A stretch of 44,452 nt of DNA from an uncultured Christensenellaceae bacterium. Lineage in GTDB: Bacteria > Bacillota > Clostridia > Christensenellales > CAG-1252. Under the pieces are notes generated by a model. That model ran no database searches. It saw only the letters and a program-made list of their open reading frames with translations, and had not been told where the DNA came from. This document shows positions 1 to 12,000 of the stretch, piece by piece; positions within the stretch are counted from its first letter, which is position 1; every line of letters begins with the position of its first letter. The translations under genes were made by a program, and so were the position numbers. Location: assembly GCA_964408255.1 (NCBI GenBank), contig CAYOYS010000002.1:7616-52067 (forward strand), read 5' to 3'.

Positions 1-3000
1 GTAAATAGGAACGCGCCTTCGGTGTGAGCGATATCGATGCGTCCGCCCTCGGATATCTGAATTAACCGCGCGCCGCCCGTATACAGGACATGCTCCGCCG
101 GGTCGAGTCCCGCATCTTCTTCCTCAGTTATCGTAACGCCCGCCTCGTCTTGGTAATAGACAACCCAACAGTTCGCTACACCCGTGTCGGGGAGCAACTT
201 GAGTTCGGTATAGATGTTAAGAATCAACGCGAGGTTGCGGATTGCGCCGTCCGCCGCAAGCGAAATGATTGCGGTCGTCCCGCCGTAGCTTTCATCAGCG
301 AACACTATTGAGTTGAACGCGCCGTCGAATACTCCCTCGAATGAGGTTATTGCATTCAATGTGCCGTCTACAATAATCGAAGTTCCGAGCATAAAGGTCT
401 TGCCCTCGCTCTTGTTCTCTATCTCGTTAACGGCATAAGCCAAAACGTTCCACTCCGAGACATTATCAATCACTTTGGGTGCGTAGTACGATATAACGGA
501 AAGTCCCGCCGTATCGCCATGATAGCCCGCGTCGTAGCTGTGCGTGACTGTCAAATCATCGTGAATCTCGTAACCCATGAAGTAATAATCGTCGTTGTCC
601 GAAGAAAGGAAGTCTATTTTGTTATTCAAAAGGTCAATCGACACCTCGATTGTGCCGTTGCTATGGTACATGTAACTTGTGAAGCCCGAATCGATAGTTA
701 AATTATCCGTTAGCAGCCAAACGTTGATTGCGTTAAGGATTGCTTGCGCATTGGCGCTACCTTTGACTATCACTGCGGAGTTCTCAACCGAGCCCGTGCC
801 GGAAGCTACGGTAAGCGTCACATTTTCTTCCGTGTCGATTATAAATATCGTATTGCAGACTGTCGAAGCTAAGCTTGCAAATATCGTCTTGGATGTAGCA
901 ATCGCGCTCAAATCAAGCGAATGACCTCTACCGTCGAACGTCCCCGTGTAGTTTGTAACGGGGATAAAGTCGGCGGGAAGAACTATATCTGTGCCGAGCG
1001 TAACATCACCCGCGAAGCCGTGGGCAATGGCTGTGCTAAGGTATGAGAACTCCTCGGGAGCGTTAATCTCGTTGATTGAGGTAACGAACATATAAACATT
1101 TGAGTCGTTCGAAGATACATACTTATCATAACCTTCAATGTTCAGCGCTTCGCCGACTTCGTTGTACCACACAAGGAACTTGCTTGCATCAGGCGCTTCA
1201 ATCGTCAGTTCGACGTCTTCACCCTCAAGTGTAACCGCTGTGTCCGCATCTATTGCGACAAGGGTGTTCATTCCCGCAATCTCATAAGTGACCTCGGGCG
1301 CTTCTTTGGCAATAAGCCAACAATTAGTCAAGACACCCTCGAACGAATTAGCGAATCCCGCTCTGCCGTCGCTTACTCCTACGACTCTAATAATGGATGC
1401 CGTCGGAGCAATTGCCTCCGCAATGACCGTCTCGGCAAGGCAACTTGCATCATAAGCAATAATAATGTTGCTCAAAGCGCCGGCAAAAGTCTTAAACAGC
1501 GAGTGTTGCGCCCCGCTTACCGTCACCGAATAGCCTGCGCCGTCAAGACTTCCTGCAAAGGAAGTCGCCGCAGTACCTATCTGTACAAAGCCTTCGTCAA
1601 TCACGATATCTGCGCCAAGCTCGAAGGAGTATTCCGCAAGCGTAAAGCTGTTGGCAACGGCGGCGGCAAGCGCTAATAATTCGGCTTTTGACTCGATAAT
1701 GTTCTTAATGAACACTATCTCATAGTCCTTGTCATTGACAAGGCTTATCGTAAAGTCGTTGCTCAAAAGCGCTCCCGAACTGAACCAGCCCGCGAACACC
1801 TGCCCCGAACCCTCGACGGCGGTCGCATCAATTCCAGATGCGCCGAACGCGTAGCTCATAGCCGCCGTTGCGTTAGTGAGGATTATTCCGACGCCCGAAG
1901 ATGTAACGCTCAAAGGATTATTCGTGACAACGAATACCTTTTGCGCTGTGAATGACGGCGATGCTCCGCTTGCAATAATCGCCGAAGCGTTATTATTAAG
2001 CACGATAACATTAGTTAAGGTTACCGTAGCCGAAGCAGTGAATAGGGGAATCGACACCGCGTTATGGTCGAAGATAATGTTCTTAAACGTGCCTTGTGAC
2101 GCGCCGAATATGCTCGTTGCGCCCTCTGAAATTGTCAAAGTATGCCCCTTGCCGTCAATTGCGCCCATAAACGGAGTTGCGCTCTTGAAGCCGTTGAGCG
2201 CGATATCAATCTCGAAGTCCGCGGTGATATTGAAGCTTTCGCCGTAGCTGTCGTACCGCATCATCAGCAAGTCGTTGAGTACAAGTAACTTATCCAATGT
2301 GTCGATATTGGTGGACAAAAATTCCGCCGAATACTTGTTGAGGTTAGCTTGCTCAGCGAAGAAATCGTCGTATTGTGAGATAATTATATCTCCATTGCCC
2401 CAGCCTGCGAACCTGACATCTTCCTTTTCCTCTGCCTTAAATACGATAGAGGATTGCAAGGAATCATAATTGAAGGTAAGACTTCCGTCTCCGTTGACAA
2501 CGATAACCTTATAAGTGTTGTTGCCTGTGGTAACCGCTTCCATATTGTTGCCGCTAATTACCCATGCATCGATGTTGGCGGTCTCGGTACTATACAAAAT
2601 CGGGTTGGATACCGTTATGCCCTTTGTTATATAAACGGCGACCCGCTCTATCTTGCCCAAAACTGTGCTGTTATATACCGTGATGCCGCCCGACTTGTTG
2701 CCCGTAATCGTCCTGTCATACTGTACCGCAAGATTGATAATCGCTCCTCTATTGTACGCGAATATCGAACTGTACTCTCCGAATGTAACATCGGCGCCTA
2801 CCGTTATCTTATGGTACTTACCGTCAAAGGTAAGCGATGGGTCAAAGGGTCGCGCTTCGGTGCCTATCGGAATATATTCTCCTTGCGGCAAAGTAATATC
2901 GCTGCCAAGCGAATATTCGCCGCTAAATACTTGAACTCCGATATTGTACGCGTACGAGAATGCCTTGAGCTCGCTACCCGAATTGAAAGTGCGTCTTGTC

Positions 3001-6000
3001 ACCGCGTTGGCGCTTATGCTTGTCAACCCTGCATTAGAGGTATATACGAGTTTGCTAGGGCTCTCTTGATAGCTAATATTCTCAAGCAAAACTTCCGAGG
3101 GACAGTTCATGTTTTGGAACATAGTAATCTTGCCGTCCTCATAAAGGCTCGCATAGAATATGATATTGCCCGCTCCAATTATCTCGGTAATCTTTGCGCT
3201 GTGGCTTACCGCGACAGTTGCGGAGTATGTCATATTATTTATTACCGCAATCTTAGAATTGAGCGCGGTATTGTTGTTGTATACCCAAACATTGCTTATG
3301 TTGTTCTTATTCGGACTGTTGTCCTTATGTATGGAGATTGCCGAATCCGCAACCACTGCCGCCTTAATGTTGACTAGCACATCCGACACCTTGTTGACGT
3401 TGATACCAACTATTCCGCCCGCGCTAATCGTCGTTGCACTCAAGTCGGGGTGACCTATATTCGCGGTCGATTCAAGGGTGATATACAGCCTAGAAATAGT
3501 GCCTGTATTGCTACCCGCTACGCCACCCGCGTAACAACTGACCGTACTCTCGGATAGAATCTTTCTTGATACTAACAAATCAGTCGTGTGGATTTTGTTG
3601 GTGTTACTGCCGGCAATGCCGCCCGCATAAGCGGAGCCGCTCCCTTTTGCCTTAGCGTAGACCGCCGCTTCCGTCGTAGAACCCGAATGGCTAATAACGC
3701 AGCTTACCGCACCGTCCGTGACAGTACCGCCGACTTCGCCCGAGTTGGTGCCGGCAACACCGCCCGCATAGGCATTATATGCGTCATAAGATTCACTGCG
3801 GATTGTGCCGTTGTTGGTAAGCTTGGTATCGAGTATTCGTCCTCCCGCGGCATTAATGCCCGCTACGCCGCCCACGTTTACACCGTTAAGACGGCAGTTA
3901 GTGCCGATTGTAACGGTGCAGTTCTCGATAGTGCCGCCGTTTTCGCCGGCGATTCCGCCGAAGAACCTCGAAACCGTAAGCTCGGCGCCCGATTCGCTAT
4001 GCGGCGTGCTGTTGCCGAAATTGGCAAGACCGGCGTTGCTTTTGTAAACCACGTTGAGATTCCTAATCTTTGCGCCGTTCGCAACGTACCCGAACAAACC
4101 CAAATAATTGGATGTAATCAGCGAATCGTTGGTAAAGGTAATAGTCTTGCCTTGACCGTCAAATGTGTGCTTAAAGCCGTAGTCGCCCGTTGCCGTCTTT
4201 GTGCCGATAGACACGGTCAAAGGCTCCATGTTTGTGAACTCAATATCGTTCTGCAGCGTGAACAGTATATTGTCATTATACAGACCGTTGTTGACGGTCT
4301 TAGCCATCGTAATAATATCTTGCACCGTCCTTAGCTGCGTATTGATATAAACGACGCTGACAACCCTACCCATTATGTCCGAATTGGGCTTGAATGTGCC
4401 CTCTTCTTTGTTGCTGTTACCTATTTTGTCGGTAATCGGAGCATCGTTGTTGAGATACCAGCCGTCGATAATCGCGCCGCCGTACTCGGTTATGTCAAAG
4501 AACAGTATCGAATTGGCGCTGTCGATAGAAACGTCGAGTTTGCCGTCGCCGTTAATCTGAAGCACGTTGACAGAGACATAGCCATTGCCTACTGCGGTGA
4601 TTGCGGGAGGTACGGGCGAGATGAGCCAAGAGTTAATCGCGCTACCGCTTATATCACCTACAAAATCTCCGCGGTACAGCAGTCTAATTGCGCCTTTGCC
4701 GTTGTCTACTGCGCTTATTGTACCCTCGTTGTACACTACGCTATTCCTTAAGGACGCGCGCGAACGACCCACCAAACCGCCGACGGCAACGCTAGAGCCG
4801 CAAGCGACAATAGACGCGCTTGACGCGATTCGAACTATTACTCTGTTGATAATTGCGTACCCGTCGGACAAGCCGGCTATGCCGCCCGCAAAAGTGTCCG
4901 CTTCTTCATCGGTGTCCGCTTCTATTGAGCCTAGCACAAGAACGGTCGAGGCGATAATATAATCCTCGTAGCTGTCTTCGCCTGTTTTTCTCACAAGTTT
5001 TTCGAGATAATCGCTCCGAGCCTGCTTCCAATACACTTCTTCGCTCTGCGAGCTTCCTATAATGTTGCCGGTGTTTCGACCTACCAAGCCGCCTGCGTAT
5101 GTACTTGCGGCAAGCAACGCGCCCTCTTTAATTATAACAGCTGAGTTGGTTATATTCCCCGAATTATAGCCCGCGAGTCCGCCGACCGTGGCGCCCTTAA
5201 TCTCTGCATTCGAATCGATAACCACAAGGGTATTCTCTATTGTGCCGCCATTATATGCGGCAATGGTGCCGACAGTACCGCCGAATTCGTATATCTTGCT
5301 GTTGAGAATAACCGTCATATTGCGTATTACGCCCGAACTGTAACCGAACAACGGAGTGCCGTTAAGCAATGTGATAGTATAATAAACTCCGTTATGAGAG
5401 CCTGTAAAGGTTCCCTTGAATTGCGTTGTTGCAGTGCCTATTTTGACCGGTTGTAGTATTTCGATGTCCGCGGCTAACGAGAATTCTAGATTCTCAAAGC
5501 TATAACCGCCGATATTGACATCTGCCTCGATAGATTCAAGCTGACTTACCGTAGTGATAACGGTAGACATAATCAAAACTTCAAAGCGGGAGTTGATTAT
5601 ACCCGGATTCGCCTTGTAGCTTCCGTCCGCTCCCGTAGTCAATGGCTCGTATCTGCCCAACTCGCTATTATAATGCGAAATGCCGAGCGTAGACGAAAGC
5701 TGATTATCCTTAGAATAATTACCGTACCAGCCAAGAACGCTGAATCTGCCTTCGCCGATAGAGGTGTTGTTTTCCATAACAACAATATATTCATCCGAAT
5801 CGGCATCATACTCGAAACATAACGCAAGCGCGCCCATTCCTATGACTTTCATCACGTTAATGCTCGAATCGCCGATAGCCTCATTGACCCTTCCGTATGC
5901 AGGAATGTTGTTGGACGCTTTGGTAATAGCCCACGAGTTATATACAAGGTTGGTATCATCGTAGCCGATACCGATACCACCCGCGCCCGATATACCCGAG

Positions 6001-9000
6001 TCGTCTTGAAGCACATAGCTGATTGCCGCGTTATACCCTATAACTATCACATTGCGCGTTTCGCCTTTCGTATAGGCAATCGCGCCCGCGTAAACTGTCT
6101 TTACCTTTCCGCTCAAAAGCTGTGATTCAGAATAGTTAATCCTGCCTAAAGTGCCGTTAATCTCAACGATTAGGTTCATAACCTTGCCGTCCTCGCCGAC
6201 ATTGCCGAAGATACCTGCATATTTGCCTTCGATAAGCACACCGTTGGCGACGGTTATGCGGTTACCTTTACCGTCAAAAGTAGCGTTGAAGCCGCCGTTA
6301 TCATTGCCTATCGCCGCGTATGTGTTGACATCGATTACAATATCGGCAATGAGATTGAAAGTAAGCCCATATAGGTCGTAGCCCGCATTGGTATCCTTCG
6401 CGAGTGCCGTCAACTTCTCAAGGGAATCGATATCAGAATCAAGGAAAGACGCGTAATATATCTTATTTTGAAGCGTCTTATCCGCGTTGTACATATCAAA
6501 ATTAGCAAGCGCAAGCGTTTGCTTATCGCCCAATTCATCGTAATAATACCACTCCTTAGCCGAGTTATCGGTATCGTAATTCGTGAATTGAATGATATTT
6601 TCACCGCCGAATGAGCATTCGAACTGACCCGCCACGACGACAGTAAGCACGTTGATTCCACCGTTGTATCTGCCTTGAACAGTCAATTTGGACGCGCCCG
6701 ACGACAACGCATCCGCAATCGCTATGTCTATTGTGTTATTGAACTGCTGTTCCGAGGCGTTAAGAAGAGCGTTGAAGCGGCTATTATAGTTGAGTACCCA
6801 ACAATTTTCCGCAATATTCAGTCCTTCCCAGCCGACTATTGTATCGTCTTCATATATAGCATTGAAAGTAACGCTTGTTACACCCGCGAATCGTCCTGAC
6901 TCGATTGTCGCGAGCACTTGTGCGTTCTTATCCATTTCGACAATAACATTTTTGAAGCTTGCGCCATAATTGACACCTGTCAAAAAGCCCGCATAACGCG
7001 TATAATCGCTGTTATTCGGATTGGTGTTGCCCACCTTGCCCATAGCAACAAGCTTAAGGTTGCTTATTCTTGCGTATTTACCGGTAATGCCGAATATCCC
7101 CGCATATCTTGCGGATATGGTAACCGTTGACGGAATAATTATCGAACATCCGTTGCCGTTGTAGCCGCCCAAAAACTCAACAATCTTATATTCTGAGCCC
7201 ACGCTGCCGCTTGAAATCTTAATCTGACCGCCAATAGGGACATAATCCGAGCCTATTACAATATCCTGCGTCTGCTGATACACGACTCCCTTATAATTCC
7301 TGCCCGAGTTGACCATAGCGGCAAGGTTTTGGAGGTCGGCATAAGTCGCAATAGACTTATTGAGGAATAGCACGAGTATCTCGCGGTCGTTCCAATTCTG
7401 CTCGCCCGATTTTGCGGTTAATTCTCCCTCGGGTTCGGTCTCGTCATCTATTACCTTATTATCTACAAACCCATAAATATTTGGACCGTCATCGTACTTG
7501 ATAGCGTCGAAAAACACCTGTTTATAGTAAACGCCGTTACTTACATAATCCTCGATACGGATTTGCAATCCACCTACTCCGCACTGATATAGCACGTTGG
7601 GCATTGCGGGACTCTCCTCCCCGTTCAAAACGCCGCCGACTGCCGAAATAGTGTAGAATTCGGGCAAGACAACCCATGAATTGCTCATAACGGCGTCCTT
7701 ATCAACCATACCCACGATACCGCCGCGCGAATCCGCGTTGACATTATAGATAACGGTATCCGTCTGCAATACCACTACTACCTGCTCTAGCTTTCCTTTG
7801 AGAAGGGATACTGCAAAACCGGAATAAATGCTCTTGAAATCGCCTATTGTCTGTCCATTGTATTCGGAAGAATCCTCATATCTCGAGGCGTAATCCGCTC
7901 GAATAATGAGGTTGGATATTACCGCGGTACGCTCGACATACCCGAACAGACCGCTATACACGTTCTCCTTGTCGACCAAATCCCCTATGACCGTAATGGC
8001 ATTGCCTTGACCGTCAAAGCTTCCGGTGAACGGATGCTCAAGCGTCCCGACCGGCTCAAAATAGGCAAAGTCCAAAACGATATGCGCGTTGAGTACAAAG
8101 GATGCGCCTTGGTCGGAATAGGTATTGATATTGCTTGCAAAATTATAGAATTCAGCGGCATTATTGATATCAAGACTGATAAAAGATGCAGTAACGTTCA
8201 AATTGGTCGCTACGGATATCGGCATAAAGCTGACGACGCTTCCCGCAATGTTCTTGGTTACCGCGCCGTAGACGGCGGCGTAATTCGGGACGGCGGTGAC
8301 AAGCTGCCTTGTAGAGATATCGGCATACCAATTATCGAATAATCCGAAGTAACTCGCGGCGTTTTGTCCCTCCGCGTCTATTTCGACGAAAAATCTTGTG
8401 CCGCTGAAAGTCATTCTCAATACGCCTGAGCCGAGAACACCGATGCTGTTGACTCCACGATTGCCGCCTTCCTTGACCGTAGGTACGGATTGGTTGTAGA
8501 TTATCGCCCAGCAGTTGACAATCACAGAGGACGCGGTAAGCTCTCCCGCAAAGCCGCCCATCGTTATCCCTCCGGTAACGTATGGCGTCGCTTCTAGGTT
8601 GAGCCCTACATTCTCGATTCTGCCCTCGCTCTTGCCCGCAACAACTCCTGCATCAGTGCTTGTGCCCGCGCCAAGTATAACCTCTTTGTTGACTTGCACT
8701 ATAAAGTTGCGTATTACGCTGTCCTTGGACGCATAGCCGAACAAGCCGCTATATGCTGTGCCCGCTATGCCGCCGCCCGCGGCAAAGGTAATTGTATGGT
8801 AATTGCCCTCAAAAATGCCCGTGAATTTATTCTCTTCCGTGCCTATCGGCTGTAGTGTCGTAGTGATTGAGATGTCATTCATAAGCCGGAACATAACTCC
8901 GTTGAATAAATCATCCGAGTTAATATAACGATACATCGCGACTAGGTCGGCGGTATTGTTGATTTTGAGGTCGTAATAGCTTACATGATGCAGTTGGTTG

Positions 9001-12000
9001 GTCAAATATGTGTCGGGCGTATACGTGTCGTTCGCCATATTGCCAAGTTCACTTTGCGTAGAAATGTTATTGTACCACATATACGGCGAATTCATCGCCT
9101 TAAAGCTTATGTCGCCCATTGCGCTCAATGTGCCGATAATTGTATCTTTGCCCACGATTTTTAATATGTTGAAGCCGCTTAATTCACTCGAGCTCGCAAG
9201 AGTCCGCACACTATTGTACGCATACGCCCAAGTATTGACACCGACATCCATAACGGATTCACCGGCGAGCAAGCCTTTTTTGCCGTCTGCAGCCGCCGAA
9301 ACGTCTCTTGTAAGATATACCAAAGAATTATATACCTTACCCGCGCTTATTTGACCGACAAGTCCGCCCGCTTTGGAAACGCCCGTGGCGCGACCGACAA
9401 CACCATTGATAGTTATATTGGCAAGATAAATGTTGCCGCTTGATGCGCCTACTGCGCCTCCTACGACATTAGCGGAGATGCGACCGCTCGTCTTAAGTAC
9501 GAATTCAATCGTCCTAATAGTCCCTGACGAGACCGCGGCTATTCCGCCCGCGTAGTCGTTAGCGCGCGCAATACCGGACTGCTCGGCAATAACTCCTAAG
9601 ATTTGACCGTAATTATACGCCGCAATTCCGCCGTACGCAGTAATTGGGGAAACGGATGAAGATTCCATCGTAGCGTCATTGACAAAGCTTATACCGTCTG
9701 ACGTGCCGCTATTGCCTATTCTCGCGCTTGCCGCATTGTAACCGACTACTCCGCCGATATTGCCTCTGACCGCAAGTAGTCCCGTCGCATAGAACCTTAC
9801 GACAGCGCTGTCTATCACCATGTTGTTTGTACCCGCGACACCTCCTCCGTAAGAGTTGATATCGTCCGCCTCGAGCTTGCCATATAACTTTGTATTGGTG
9901 TTGCGGATAATGCCGTCGTTGATTCCAACGACACCGCCTGCGTTATTCAGACCTTCTATGCCCGGAACTAACGCACCGCTATTGATAATTATCTTTACAT
10001 TATCAAAATATTCGCTTCCTATTGTACCTGAGTTGTAACCCGCAACGCCGCCCGCGTTATAGCCGTAGATAAGTCCTGCGTAGTCGTTGCCAAGGTCGTT
10101 AAGGTACATGTATAATATGGAAACGTTTTTGATTGTGCCGTCGTTATAGCCTGCAATGCCTCCCGCATAATCGGCGGCGCTGGTTTCGTTGCCTTCGATT
10201 ACGGCATAGGTCTTTACGATGATATTGGTAATTTGACCGTAGTTAATATCCGCGACAAAGCCAATCGCAGTATTCGAGCCACCCAAAGTGCTACCCTCAC
10301 GCAGCACTATGCCGACTTCTATGTCATAGCCAAAATTCTGCACGATAGATGTTGCCGAGACCGTACCGAACAGCGATTGTCCCTCGTAGTCAAGCGGATT
10401 GTCAGAGTCGATAAATAATCTGATAAGGTAACCGTTTCCGTTGAAGTTGCCTACGAACGCATTGCCTCTTCCGACAGACGCATAACCTATGTCGCTAGGA
10501 AAGAGTCTGAGCTCGGAAGACGAGGGAAGGTTCAATATATAATTCGCGTGTGCGCTAAAGCCGCCGTTGATATTCGCCGCCATCGCGTAAAAATCAGCAG
10601 AGTTCGTTATCTCTGTGTTGACGAATACTCCGTAATAGGTTACTCCTGAGAGTCCCGGCTTGCTTGCGGTTGTAATAGTCGGTGAAAAGTTGCTACCCGC
10701 CGCGCCGTTGAATGCAGAAACTAGCTCACCCGTTGACAAGCTTGCGGTATAGTTGTAGAAATTTTGATTAGTCTTGATTGCTCTGAAAGTAATTGCCCCG
10801 CCGTAGGGTTGAGTGACATTGTTGTCCTCGATAACGCTTATAATATTGCCGCCGCCATACCTGATTAACTTGTTGCCTTTCTCGCTGTCCTTGCCCGTTA
10901 TCAAAGGCATATCGGGATTCGGAAGCGCGAACGGGTCGGACTGAACATAAAGTGTCCAGACCGCGTCGGTATCAGAGCTTATATCATTGTAGCCTATTAA
11001 GGTAGCCGCGATTCCTTCTCCGTCTGCAAAAGAGAATACCGAGGCTATTTCCCGCCCCTCCTCGTCAAGCTCGACCTCGCATACCGTGCTGTAAACCTTT
11101 CCGCTATTATAGCCAACTATTCCGCCGACATACGCGGTACCCGAGAAGCATTTGCCAAATATCCTCGATTCGACATAGTCGGGCTCAATAACATTATAGC
11201 TTACAATGGCATTCTTCAATATGCCGTTCTCCCTATTGAGTCCGACAGCCCCGCCGCCTATACCGTTGGCGCCCGAGCCCACAAAATCTTCGAGTCCGCT
11301 TGCGGTAATACTGCCGTATTTGGAGTAATTAACGCTGCTTTGATTGAAGTTAACCTCGACATTCTTAATTACACCGTTATTGATGCCGGCAATGCCGCCT
11401 ATTATATTGCCTGTTATAGTTTTGTTGATATTGACGACAACCTTATTAGAAGAGCTGTCTTGACCAATCGTGCCGTAATTGTATGCGGCTATCGCGCCGC
11501 CCGTAATATCTTCCTCCGCGCCGATGTCGGAATCTATCGTAACATTTAACTGTTTGACGATACCGCCCGCGCCGATACAGCCGAACAATCCCATAGTATT
11601 ATTGCCCGTGCTCATTCCGCCTTGAATCATTATGCTTAAGCTCTTGCCGTCGAAGATACCACGGAACGGATTGGTAAGCGTACCGATAGGAATGTATGAA
11701 TCTGCTGCGCCGATACTGATGTCAGTGCCCAAAATAAACTCGATACCGCTATAACTTTGTCCCGCGTTCGTGGTAATTGCGATAGTCTTGAGATTGTCGT
11801 AGCTCATTATCATCGAGCTGATAACCGAGGAGAAGAACACTGCCCCCGATTGACCCTGCGGCACAAAATCAGAACCCGCAAGATGCTCTGCGCCGACCAT
11901 TATACTGCAATTATAATCCGTGAACCAGCCCGTAAATACGCGGCTTGTGTCGTGCGGTACGCTGAAGCGTATCGAAGGAGCGGCGACGGAGATATCCATA

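Noticed and set aside
2454-3377. Long plus-strand ORFs inside the giant genes, for example 2454..3377 (307 aa), 3588..4334 (248 aa), 12894..13664 (256 aa), 20854..21576 (240 aa) and 30721..31389 (222 aa).
   Set aside because: All are antisense to frames that I verified as coding. Their products are R/C/I/V-rich and low in complexity, with no RBS context. Open antisense frames are expected opposite long ORFs with this codon bias.
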